Source of the DNA: an uncultured Halobacteriales archaeon
Lineage (GTDB): Archaea > Halobacteriota > Halobacteria > Halobacteriales > Haloarculaceae
DNA length: 47,991 nt
Assembly (NCBI GenBank): GCA_964459695.1
Contig: CAYWNQ010000001.1
Coordinates: 1 to 47,991 of the forward strand
Reading direction: 5' to 3'
The notes under the pieces were generated by a model that saw nothing but the letters and a program-made list of their open reading frames with translations, had not been told where the DNA came from and did no database searches. Shown piece by piece: positions 40,782-47,991 of the stretch. Made by a program: the position numbers and the translations under genes. The first letter of the stretch is position 1, and each line of letters starts with the position of its first letter.

Positions 40782-40960
40782 GGGGCTGTGGCCAAGCCAG
40801 GAATGGCGACTGACTCCAGAGGTCACGCGCCCGGTGACGAGACTCCAGACTGATATACCGAGCGGCCGGCTGATCACCGCGCCGTGATGACGACCCTCTG
40901 GAGACCCGAGGCGCATCCGGAGATATCAGTCGATCGGGGGTTCAAATCCCTCCGGCCCCA
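40782..40960 (+). tRNA. tRNA-Trp (anticodon CCA) with a 105-nt intron at the canonical 37/38 position
   Basis: The acceptor is GGGGCTG/CGGCCCC, the D arm GCC-AAGCCAGGAAT-GGC and the anticodon stem ACTGA..TCAGT with loop CTCCAGA (CCA at 40816-18). The T arm is GGGGG-TTCAAAT-CCCTC and the discriminator is A. Exon 1 spans 40782-40819 and exon 2 spans 40925-40960. Confidence 0.93.
40820..40924 (+). ncRNA. box C/D guide RNA embedded in the tRNA-Trp intron (targets C34 and U39 of its own pre-tRNA)
   Basis: The C box is gtgacga at 40834-40 and the D' box ccga at 40858-61. The C' box is gtgatga at 40884-90 and the D box ccga at 40906-09. Guide 40895-40903 pairs over 9 bp with 40814-22, so that C34 (40816) faces the 5th nt upstream of D. 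Guide 40848-56 pairs over 9 bp with 40923-31, so that U39 (40926) faces the 5th nt upstream of D'. Confidence 0.8.
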
Positions 40961-41085
40961 TGCGTTCTGCTGCGAGCGAACGCGAGCAGCGAACGCCGTC
41001 GTCGGAGGGATTCGAACCGGGGAGGTCGCGCACAGCGCAGCGAGCACGTCCGGCCGTGGTTCAAATCCCTCCAGTTACTCGGTCC
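40961..41085. repeat. tRNA-trailing palindromic element B (homolog of element A)
   Basis: The arms are ggagggattcgaacc (41004-18) and ggttcaaatccctcc (41058-72): 14 bp with 1 mismatch. The right arm is identical over 15 nt to the T arm of the adjacent tRNA-Trp. The core is cagcgcagcgagca. Confidence 0.6.
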
Positions 41086-41092
41086 GATTCGC

Positions 41093-41233
41093 TCAGACCA
41101 CGAGGACGACGACGAGACCGATCACGACCACCAGGCCGAGGACCAGAAGTGTCCACCACTGTCTGCTCCAGGACGCGTTCCGGGACGGGACGTCGACCTC
41201 CGTGGGGTCCTGATAGGGAGCCAGTGGCGCCAC
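41093..41233 (-). CDS. possible 46-aa tail-anchored micro-protein
   Basis: (GTG)MAPLAPYQDPTEVDVPSRNASWSRQWWTLLVLGLVVVIGLVVVLVV has one C-terminal TM helix. An in-frame stop lies 3 codons upstream of the GTG. Confidence 0.3.
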   Translation of the reverse strand: MAPLAPYQDPTEVDVPSRNASWSRQWWTLLVLGLVVVIGLVVVLVV

Positions 41234-41444
41234 TAACGGGTGTCAGAATCCGGACCGTGTGAGCAAGCTCGAGTCCCCCGTCGCATCGTTTCGTACTCGC
41301 CGGGGTACCTACCGCTGGAACCGTCGGCGACCGTCAGCGTCAGCACGGCGAGTCGTCGACCAGGACGGCACTCGCGGGCGCCGTCGGCCCGTAGTTGGCT
41401 CAGTTACGGCGGTCGTCGCGCGGCGGACTGACGTGTCAGCCGGG

Positions 41445-41564
41445 TCACACCAGCGCGACGACGAGGATCAGCAGGCCGACCAGCAGAATGAACCCCACGA
41501 CTGCAGCCGTCAGCGCCAGCTGGACGCCGGTGAGCGTCCTGGTGGAGTCCTCGGCGGCGGTCAT
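41445..41564 (-). CDS. 39-aa single-TM micro-protein (not in the ORF track)
   Basis: MTAAEDSTRTLTGVQLALTAAVVGFILLVGLLILVVALV. Its ATG overlaps the stop of the upstream gene (ATGA at 41561-64). Confidence 0.5.
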   Translation of the reverse strand: MTAAEDSTRTLTGVQLALTAAVVGFILLVGLLILVVALV

Positions 41565-41740
41565 CGCCAGTCCTCGAGGCTCCGTTCGGTCCCCGCCCCG
41601 ACGGCGATCCACCGGTCGTCGCCCGTGGTCTCGGCCACGCAGTAGAGGACCTCGCCCCCGCAGTAGTCGTAGACGCCGACGACCTCCCGCTCCTCCGGCA
41701 GGTCCTCGGGGTCCGGCACGGTCGGGACCGGCTCGGTCAT
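41561..41740 (-). CDS. 59-aa acidic small protein, translationally coupled to the 39-aa TM peptide
   Basis: MTEPVPTVPDPEDLPEEREVVGVYDYCGGEVLYCVAETTGDDRWIAVGAGTERSLEDWR. The start is ATG comp. 41738-40, in frame in ORF 41561-41770. Confidence 0.6.
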   Translation of the reverse strand: MTEPVPTVPDPEDLPEEREVVGVYDYCGGEVLYCVAETTGDDRWIAVGAGTERSLEDWR

Positions 41741-41824
41741 GGAGGGCCGTTCCGAGGGACCTCCCACCACTCTAGGGACCGTATCGCTGGCCGACTCGAA
41801 TCTCGATACGTCTCGGGCCGTCGC

Positions 41825-41980
41825 TCACTCGACGACGGGGGCCAGGTGATCGGCGTAGCAGTCCCGACACAGATAGCGGTCGAGGACGTCGCGATCGTCC
41901 TCGTGGGTGTGGACCAGCAGGTGGACGGTGTCCGCGAACGGCACGCGGTCGCCACAGACGGCGCAGTCCTCGGCGGTCAC
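41825..41980 (-). CDS. 51-aa zinc-ribbon micro-protein (not in the ORF track)
   Basis: (GTG)MTAEDCAVCGDRVPFADTVHLLVHTHEDDRDVLDRYLCRDCYADHLAPVVE carries CxxC..CxxC. An in-frame TGA lies upstream of the GTG. GC3 is good. Confidence 0.45.
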   Translation of the reverse strand: MTAEDCAVCGDRVPFADTVHLLVHTHEDDRDVLDRYLCRDCYADHLAPVVE

Positions 41981-42073
41981 CGTGTGGGACCGTCACACGG
42001 GTCGAGCTTAAGTGGCCCGGGAGACCGGCCCCGTCACGACAACCGTTATGGGACGCCGGGCGCCACCGCCACC

Positions 42074-43684
42074 ATGCCGACCGACAGGCGACGGTCGTTC
42101 TGGGCCTGGGGCTGGGACGACCGGCTGCCGACCGACGAGGACCGCCGGGAGCTGAAGGACCGCATCGAAGGGATGCTCGGGTTCCCGGAGCGACCGCTGC
42201 TCGACCTGCCGACGCTGGAGGCCGTCTCGCTACCGGCACCGGCGGTCGACCCGCCGTTCCCGTTCTGTACCACGGACAAGGGCACCCGCGCCCGACACAC
42301 GTACGGCAAGGCCTACCGGGACCTCGTCCGGGGGTTCCACGGCGAGTACGGCCCCGCCCCCGACGCGGTCGCCCGGCCCGGCGGCGAGGACGAGGTCGCG
42401 ACACTGCTCGACTGGGCCGCCGACGAACAGGTCGCCGTCGTCCCCTTCGGCGGCGGCACGAGCGTCGTCGGCGGGGTCGAGTGCGAGGGCGATGGATACG
42501 CCGGCGTCGTGACCCTGGACACGCGGGCGATGGACCGGGTCCGGGAGGTCGACGACCTCTCGCGGAGCGCCCGCATCGGCGCCGGCGCCACGGGGCCGGA
42601 GATCAGCGACCAGCTTGCCGACCACGGCCTCCAGCTCAGGCACTACCCCCAGTCCTACGAGTTCTCGACGTTCGGGGGCTGGGTCGCCACGCGCGCCGGC
42701 GGCCACTTCGCCACGCGTTACACCCACATCGACGACTTCGTCGAGTCGGTCCGTGCCGTCACGCCGGCGGGGCGGCTGGAGACCCGCCGGGTGCCGGCCT
42801 CGGGCGCCGGCCCCGACCCGAACCGGTTCCTGCTGGGTAGCGAGGGCGCCTTCGGCGTCATCACCGAGGGCTGGACCCGGGTCCAGTCCCGGCCGCCGTA
42901 CCGGTCGCGGTGCACCGTGCGGTTCGACGACTACTGGGACGGCGTCGCCGCGGTCCGGGAGATCGTCCAGGCCCGGCTGACGCCGGCGAACTGCCGGCTG
43001 CTCGACGCCAACGAGGCGATGCTCAACGAGCTGGCGTTCGACGGGAGCCACCTGCTCGTCCTGGGGTTCGAGTCGACCGACCACCCCCAGCACGACGCCC
43101 TCGAGCGGGCGCTGGCCATCGCGCGCGACCACGGCGGCGACCCCGAGGACCAGACCCACGAGGACCGCGACGCGGCGGGCGACGACGCGGGCCGCGACGA
43201 CGACCGCGAGGGCACCGAGGGCGACTGGCGGTCGTCGTTCTTCGAGGCACCGTACATGTTCAACACGCTGGTCTCCATCGGCGTGCTGGTCGACACCTTC
43301 GAGACCGCGGTGACCTGGGAGCAGTTCCCGGACCTCCACGAGGCCGTCCGGCGGCGCGTCGGCGACCGGATGGACGAGGTGTGTGGCGCCGGCTTCATCT
43401 CGTGTCGGTTCACCCACGTCTACGAGGACGGGCCGGCACCGTACTACACACTCCTGGCGCCGGCGGACGTGGGCCGGGAGCTCGAGCAGTGGCGCGCCAT
43501 CAAGGAGACCGCCTCGGACACCCTGCTGGACCACGGCGCGACGATCACCCACCACCACGCCGTCGGGCGGGTCCACCGCGACCACTACCACCAGGAGGCA
43601 CCCGACCCCTACCTCGACGCGCTCCGGTCGATGAAGCGGACCCTGGACCCCGCGGGCATCATGAACCCCGGCGCGCTGCTGTGA
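42074..43684 (+). CDS. FAD-linked oxidase (alkyl-DHAP synthase / D-lactate dehydrogenase-like, PCMH fold)
   Basis: MPTDRRRSFWAWGW..VAVVPFGGGTSVVGG (FAD-binding)..GSEGAFGVITE..THHHAVGRVH..LDPAGIMNPG matches ADAPS-like block order. An acidic insert reads DRDAAGDDAGRDDDREG. Confidence 0.88.
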   Translation: MPTDRRRSFWAWGWDDRLPTDEDRRELKDRIEGMLGFPERPLLDLPTLEAVSLPAPAVDPPFPFCTTDKGTRARHTYGKAYRDLVRGFHGEYGPAPDAVARPGGEDEVATLLDWAADEQVAVVPFGGGTSVVGGVECEGDGYAGVVTLDTRAMDRVREVDDLSRSARIGAGATGPEISDQLADHGLQLRHYPQSYEFSTFGGWVATRAGGHFATRYTHIDDFVESVRAVTPAGRLETRRVPASGAGPDPNRFLLGSEGAFGVITEGWTRVQSRPPYRSRCTVRFDDYWDGVAAVREIVQARLTPANCRLLDANEAMLNELAFDGSHLLVLGFESTDHPQHDALERALAIARDHGGDPEDQTHEDRDAAGDDAGRDDDREGTEGDWRSSFFEAPYMFNTLVSIGVLVDTFETAVTWEQFPDLHEAVRRRVGDRMDEVCGAGFISCRFTHVYEDGPAPYYTLLAPADVGRELEQWRAIKETASDTLLDHGATITHHHAVGRVHRDHYHQEAPDPYLDALRSMKRTLDPAGIMNPGALL

Positions 43685-43737
43685 GGACCCGAACGACGAG
43701 TCGCCGGGCTTTTCCCCCGGCGGTGCCGCCCAGCGAC

Positions 43738-44004
43738 ATGGCCTCGCTCGCCGACCTCGCGGTCGAACTCGCTCGCATCGTCGTCTCGTTCGTGCTCGTC
43801 ATCCTGCTGGCCATCGGTGCGTTCTACGTCACCGTGTTCGTCGTCTCGACGGGCGCCGAACTGGCGGGCTACGACCCCAGCGGCGACTTCGTGGTGCTGT
43901 CGGCGGCGCTGCTGGTCGTGGCCGGCCTGCTGGGCGGCATCCCGCTCGCCGGTCGGGGGAGCAGCCGGGACGCCGAGCCCGGCCCCGGTGCCGGCTTCGA
44001 GTAA
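43738..44004 (+). CDS. 88-aa two-TM membrane protein
   Basis: MASLADLAVELARIVVSFVLVILLAIGAFYVTVFVV..FVVLSAALLVVAGLLGGIPLAG. The ATG at 43738 is in frame in ORF 42910-44004. Confidence 0.65.
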   Translation: MASLADLAVELARIVVSFVLVILLAIGAFYVTVFVVSTGAELAGYDPSGDFVVLSAALLVVAGLLGGIPLAGRGSSRDAEPGPGAGFE

Positions 44005-44062
44005 CCTCCACTTCCGCCCCGGCCCGGAAAGGTTGAGGGTGCCCGAAGCCCTCCGTCCGCCC

Positions 44063-45283
44063 GTGGCCCGCGAACGCCTCCCGGGGGCGCCGTCCCGCGA
44101 CCGCGACCGGGTCGTCGCCCACGTCGACGTCGACTGCTTCTACGCCGCCTGCGAACGGCTGCGCGAGCCCGAACTCCGGGGCGAGCCGGTGGTCGTCGGC
44201 ATGGGCTACGAGCACGGCGAGCCCCACGGCGCCGTCGCGACGGCCTCCTACGAGGCCCGCGAGCACGGCGTCGAGAGCGCGATGCCCATCTCCGAGGCGA
44301 TGGAGCTGCTGCCCCGCCGTGCCACCGCCGACGAGGACGTCTCGCCGACCGGCCGCTACCGGCCGGTCGACATGGCGTACTACGAGTCGGTCGCCGCCGA
44401 CGTCAAGGCGGTGCTCCACGACGTCGCCGACGTCGTCCGGGAGGTCAGCGTCGACGAGGCCTACCTCGACGTCACCGACGCCGTCGCGTGGGACGACGCG
44501 GCGGCGTTCGGCCGGCGGCTGAGAGAGCGCATCGCCGAGGAGGCCGGCGTGGCTGCCAGCGTCGGCGTCGCGCCGAACATGGCGACGGCGAAGGTCGCCT
44601 CCGACCACGACAAGCCCGACGGGCTGGTCGTCGTCGGTCCCGGGGAGGCCGCCGACTTCCTGGCGCCGCTGCCGGTCGAGGAGCTCCACGGCGTCGGCCC
44701 CGTCACCGCCGGCGAGCTCCACGAGCTGGGCATCGAGACCGCCGGGGACGTGGCCGACGCCGACCCCGCCGACCTGGGCGACGCGTTCGGCGACCGGGGC
44801 CGGGAGATCCACCGCCACGCCCGCGGCGTCGACCAGCGCGAGGTCGAGCCGACGGGCGAGCCGAAGTCACTGTCCTCCGAGTCCTCCCTGGTCGAGCCGA
44901 CCGACGAGGTCGAGGTCCTCCGCGACCAGGTCCGGGGTCTGGCCGCCGAGGTCGCCGAGCGCGCCCGCGCCCGGGACGCGCTGTATCGCACCATCGGCAT
45001 CAAGGTCGTGACCCCGCCGTTCGACGTCAACACCCGCGCCCGGTCGCTGCCGGGGCCGGTCGACGAGCCGCCGCTGGTCGAGGAGGTCGCCCTGGAGCTC
45101 CTCGCGGAGTTCGAGGGCGACGCGACCGTCCGGAAGCTCGGCGTCAGGGTCTCGAACCTCTCAATCGGCGCCCAGGACCAGGCCAGCCTCGAGGGCTACG
45201 ACGGGGACGCCGACGACGGGGGACGGTTCGACTTCGCGAGCGGCCCCGGGCCGGGCCAGACCACTCTTCGGGAGTTCCTGTAG
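44063..45283 (+). CDS. dinB: Y-family DNA polymerase IV
   Basis: VAHVDVDCFYAACERLREPELRGEPVVVG..ASYEAREHGV..VSVDEAYLDVT..SVGVAPNMATAKVASDHDKPDG..LHGVGPVTA. The start is tentatively GTG 44063. Confidence 0.9.
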   Translation: MARERLPGAPSRDRDRVVAHVDVDCFYAACERLREPELRGEPVVVGMGYEHGEPHGAVATASYEAREHGVESAMPISEAMELLPRRATADEDVSPTGRYRPVDMAYYESVAADVKAVLHDVADVVREVSVDEAYLDVTDAVAWDDAAAFGRRLRERIAEEAGVAASVGVAPNMATAKVASDHDKPDGLVVVGPGEAADFLAPLPVEELHGVGPVTAGELHELGIETAGDVADADPADLGDAFGDRGREIHRHARGVDQREVEPTGEPKSLSSESSLVEPTDEVEVLRDQVRGLAAEVAERARARDALYRTIGIKVVTPPFDVNTRARSLPGPVDEPPLVEEVALELLAEFEGDATVRKLGVRVSNLSIGAQDQASLEGYDGDADDGGRFDFASGPGPGQTTLREFL

Positions 45284-45520
45284 GGGATTTCGTCCCGGCA
45301 ACTGGGGCTCTCCGGCGGTACGATCGGTGCGAGCACGATGGCGGTGCCGGGCTACGGTGGCGGTCGGGAGAGAGGGGCTCTCGAGCCGAACGATCGAGTC
45401 GGGCACGAGTCACGGTCGGCGGTTGCGGGCCAGTGGATCCTCGAACCGGCCGAGAACCCAGCCGACCGACGAAGCGGGCGATGCCCCACAGCTTATGACC
45501 GCCGGCACGGTAGCCGGCGC

Positions 45521-45799
45521 ATGAACCGGTTGGCGCCCGTCGGCGAGGACCGGTGGCACCTCCCGCGTCACGCCCAGCTGGTGGTCCACGAGACCAGCGA
45601 CGGCAACGAGTTCCTCACCGTCTACGACTGCGGCGCCGCCCAGAAGCCGCCCTCCGCCCAGGTCATCGGCAACCTGGTGCGCGTCGCCGCGGACCACGAG
45701 ACCGTCCGGCAGCCGACGGGCTACATCGTCCGGATGCGCGAGCAGTCGGTGCTGGTGAGACAGGACCCGGACCACTGGGTCGTCCGGGCCGACGCCTGA
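45521..45799 (+). CDS. 92-aa hypothetical protein
   Basis: MNRLAPVGEDRWHLPRHAQLVVHETSDGNEFLTVYDCGAAQKPPSAQVIGNLVRVAADHETVRQPTGYIVRMREQSVLVRQDPDHWVVRADA. The longer ORF from 45338 has an Arg/Gly-rich, unlikely N-terminus. Confidence 0.55.
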   Translation: MNRLAPVGEDRWHLPRHAQLVVHETSDGNEFLTVYDCGAAQKPPSAQVIGNLVRVAADHETVRQPTGYIVRMREQSVLVRQDPDHWVVRADA

Positions 45800-45814
45800 C
45801 CGGTCGGCCCGCCG

Positions 45815-46459
45815 TTACGCCCCGGCGACGAGGTCCGCCAGCGCGGCCCGGGGGTCGTCGGCCTTTGCGACGCCCGAGGCGAGCAGCACGCCGTCGGCCC
45901 CCAGGTCCGCCGCCGCGGCCACGTCGTCGCCGGTGGAGATGCCGGCGCCGCAGTAGACGTCGACGTCGGCGTCGACCCCCTCTGCCGCGGCGACGGCGTC
46001 GGTGACCACGTCCGGGTCCGCGCCGCTCACCGGCGTCCCGGTGCCGATGAGCTCGGGGGGCTCGACGGCCACCGCGTCCGGGCCCAGGGCCGCGGCGGCG
46101 GCGACCTGCGCGGGGTTGTTCGCGCAGACGCAGGTGGTGAGGTCGGCGTCGCCGGCTGCGCCGAGCGCGTCGTCGACGTCGGCGAGCCGGAGCCGGCGCT
46201 CGCTGTGGTTGAGCAGCGTGCCGACCGCGCCGGCGTCCGCCGCGGCACCCGCGTGACTGCTCCCGGTATGGCTACCGTGGCCCACCGGCGAGACGTGCTG
46301 GGCCCAGGTCTCGACGCCCGTCGCCGCGACGCGGTCCAGGTGGGCGGTCTGGGGCGCGACGGCGACGCGGACCCCCGACTCGTTGGCGACGTCGAAGGCC
46401 GCCTCCGCGATGGCCACCGGATCGCAGTCGTAGGCCTTCAGGTTGACGAGGACGAACAC
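45815..46459 (-). CDS. tpiA: triosephosphate isomerase (archaeal type)
   Basis: (GTG)[56 protein letters not shown] follows archaeal TIM block order. The GTG start at comp. 46457-59 is in frame in ORF 45815-47299. Confidence 0.9.
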   Translation of the reverse strand: MFVLVNLKAYDCDPVAIAEAAFDVANESGVRVAVAPQTAHLDRVAATGVETWAQHVSPVGHGSHTGSSHAGAAADAGAVGTLLNHSERRLRLADVDDALGAAGDADLTTCVCANNPAQVAAAAALGPDAVAVEPPELIGTGTPVSGADPDVVTDAVAAAEGVDADVDVYCGAGISTGDDVAAAADLGADGVLLASGVAKADDPRAALADLVAGA

Positions 46460-46573
46460 GTCCGGGGGCGCGGGTGGCGGCGAGAAAAGGCTACCGCACC
46501 GACGGCTCCCGTAGACTGCCGGGCACTCGGGCGGGTGGGAAGCCTCTTGGCGGTGCCGCGTCCAGCCCGATCC

Positions 46574-47215
46574 GTGCGACGACGCGTCCTGCTCGGTGCC
46601 CTGGCCGGGACCGTCGGCCTCGCGGGCTGTGCCGGCGACCCGACGTCGGGATCGCCATCCGCGGGCGACTCCCCGGCCGGGTCGCCCAAGGGCACCCCGA
46701 CGGCGTCGGCGACGCCGACGCGGGCGCCGGGGACGGTGCCTCCCGACAGGACCGTCGCCAGCGAGGCGGTGGCCTCGGACGGGCTGGCGGCCAGGGCCGA
46801 GCGGTGGTTCGGCCTCGAACGGGTGCGGTACCGCGACCCCGACACCGGCGACCTGGCGTGGGTCGGCGCCCCCGAGGGACGGTTCGTGGCCTACGAGTTC
46901 CGCCTGCGCAACGCCGGCGAGGAGTCGCTCCCGGCGGTCCGGGACGGCCGGTTCCGGCTCCGGGTCGCGGGCACCGGCTACGAGCACGTCCACCGGTTGC
47001 CGGGCGGCGTCAGCTTCCACAGCCTCGCCCAGCCCGAGGGCCGTCCGACCATCCGGTCGCTCGCCTGGTACGACGGGCTGGCACCCGGCGCGACGGTCGA
47101 CCTCCAGCTGGTGTTCCAGGCGCCCGTCGAGCCGAGCCACCGCCACTACCTCGCGTGGGACCCCGGGGCCGAGGTCGACGGCAGCTCGGACCCCGTGTAC
47201 CTGTACCCGCAGTGA
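46574..47215 (+). CDS. secreted lipoprotein (Tat signal + lipobox), DUF4352-like beta domain
   Basis: The leader is (GTG)[20 protein letters not shown] Ser/Pro/Thr linker follows, then [26 protein letters not shown]. The start is uncertain (46553 or 46574). Confidence 0.7.
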   Translation: MRRRVLLGALAGTVGLAGCAGDPTSGSPSAGDSPAGSPKGTPTASATPTRAPGTVPPDRTVASEAVASDGLAARAERWFGLERVRYRDPDTGDLAWVGAPEGRFVAYEFRLRNAGEESLPAVRDGRFRLRVAGTGYEHVHRLPGGVSFHSLAQPEGRPTIRSLAWYDGLAPGATVDLQLVFQAPVEPSHRHYLAWDPGAEVDGSSDPVYLYPQ

Positions 47216-47243
47216 TTTCCGTCCCGACGCCGACCGGCCGGGC

Positions 47244-47426
47244 ATGGACGAGGGGACCCCTGTGGAGGTGACCGTCGGGGACGAGCGACGGGCGGGCACC
47301 GTCCTCGACCGGAGCTACACGCCCAGGCAGGGGACGGCGCTGGTGGCCGTGTCGCTCGCCGAGCCCCTGCCCGACGGTCGCGAGCGCGCCGTCGTCCCCG
47401 CCGACGCGGTCAGTCCTTCCGCTTGA
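47244..47426 (+). CDS. 60-aa hypothetical protein
   Basis: [62 protein letters not shown]3 is good. It converges on and overlaps mbf1 by 17 nt. Confidence 0.45.
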   Translation: MDEGTPVEVTVGDERRAGTVLDRSYTPRQGTALVAVSLAEPLPDGRERAVVPADAVSPSA

Positions 47427-47949
47427 CGACGTCGCCCAGCGTCGTCTCGCCGGGGCCCGAGCCGCCCTCCCACTCGGCGTCCTCCCCGCCGGAGCCGCCC
47501 GCAGACAGCGAGATGTCAAGGCCGCGCTCGAGCTTGCGCTGGACCTCGTCGCTCGGCAGCACGTCGCCGTGCTCGAGCTTCCGGATGAGGCTGGCCTTCT
47601 CGTTGAGCTGGTCGGCCAGCTCCTCCTGGCTCAGGTCGCGGGCCTCGCGGGCCTCCCGGATCCGCTGGTCGTAGTCCCGGGCGACCTCGTCCATCTCGTC
47701 GAACATGTCCCGCCGGCGCGAGCCGCCCGAAGAGCCACCGCTCGACCCGCCGCCCCCGCCAGACGAATCCGACCCCGAGGACGTCCCGGACGACGACGTC
47801 GAGTACTTGGTCGACGTGCTCGACGTGTCCTGGGTGGTGACCGCGGTGCCGAACTCCGTGCAGTCGTCGCAGACCTCCAGCTCGGCCCCCTCGACCTTGA
47901 TGGTCGTGGGCGAGCCGGTCTCGGTGCCACACATCTCACACTGGACCAT
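47410..47949 (-). CDS. mbf1: multiprotein bridging factor 1 (N-terminal zinc ribbon + C-terminal HTH-XRE)
   Basis: The zinc ribbon is MVQCEMCGTE..CDDC. A Ser/Gly linker follows, then the HTH (IREAREARDLSQEELADQLNEKASLIRKLEHG). An alternative upstream ATG lies at 47976. Confidence 0.88.
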   Translation of the reverse strand: MVQCEMCGTETGSPTTIKVEGAELEVCDDCTEFGTAVTTQDTSSTSTKYSTSSSGTSSGSDSSGGGGGSSGGSSGGSRRRDMFDEMDEVARDYDQRIREAREARDLSQEELADQLNEKASLIRKLEHGDVLPSDEVQRKLERGLDISLSAGGSGGEDAEWEGGSGPGETTLGDVVKRKD

Positions 47950-47991
47950 GCCCGACGGAAGGCCGCCGCCGGCCATAAATCGTTCCCCGCG

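Noticed and set aside
40850-40853. Canonical CTGA inside the tRNA-Trp intron as the D' box.
   Set aside because: With CTGA as D', the 5th upstream nucleotide does not face U39 or any sensible target. The ccga at 40858-61 gives a 9-bp duplex that places U39 at N+5.
1-47991. Search for CRISPR arrays, rRNA genes, IS transposases, toxin-antitoxin pairs or known defence-system genes.
   Set aside because: I saw no regularly spaced direct repeats, no rRNA-like sequence, no DDE/IS200-type ORF and no recognisable defence gene by eye. The only recombinase is the tyrosine integrase at 5299-6345.

Overview
This window looks like a haloarchaeal (class Halobacteria) chromosome segment. The evidence is very GC-rich DNA with strong GC3 bias, Asp/Glu-rich proteins, Tat/lipobox secretion signals, TATA-like boxes about 25-30 nt upstream of many start codons, and an intron-containing tRNA-Trp. 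Most of it is ordinary core genome: dph2, an MBL hydrolase, an MFS transporter, a TrmB regulator, an ABC importer, fabG/thiolase/OB-fold, dps, a nitrilase-family gene, MazG, YbaK, thioredoxin, citrate synthase, a DHH phosphoesterase, guaB, dinB, tpiA and mbf1, plus tRNA-Lys(CUU) and tRNA-Trp(CCA). The long Arg/Pro/Gly-rich ORFs in the track are antisense or out-of-frame shadows. The accessory part is about 5.2-17.2 kb and has four components. (i) A tyrosine integrase, an RHH protein and a Dpm1-like GT2 form a 2.8-kb cassette bounded by 24-nt imperfect inverted repeats. (ii) Several orphan or decayed genes follow. (iii) A membrane-tethered winged-helix regulator comes next. (iv) A translationally coupled operon encodes GT2, GT4, a GtrA::DUF2079 fusion and a sulfatase-like enzyme. 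I read this operon as an integrase-linked archaeal analogue of phage gtrABC glycan-conversion modules. The island ends against a truncated, twice-frameshifted TrmB paralog. Other points of interest: a plant-type RGP (UDP-arabinopyranose-mutase-like) gene and a GT-C gene interleaved with the ABC importer; three perfect TTTAGG-N4-CCTAAA palindromes at their promoters; homologous palindromic elements about 110 nt long downstream of both tRNA genes that mimic the T-loop; a box C/D guide in the tRNA-Trp intron; and several micro-ORFs missing from the ORF track. I found no CRISPR array, rRNA or transposase. All functional calls come from by-eye motif recognition, not from database searches.
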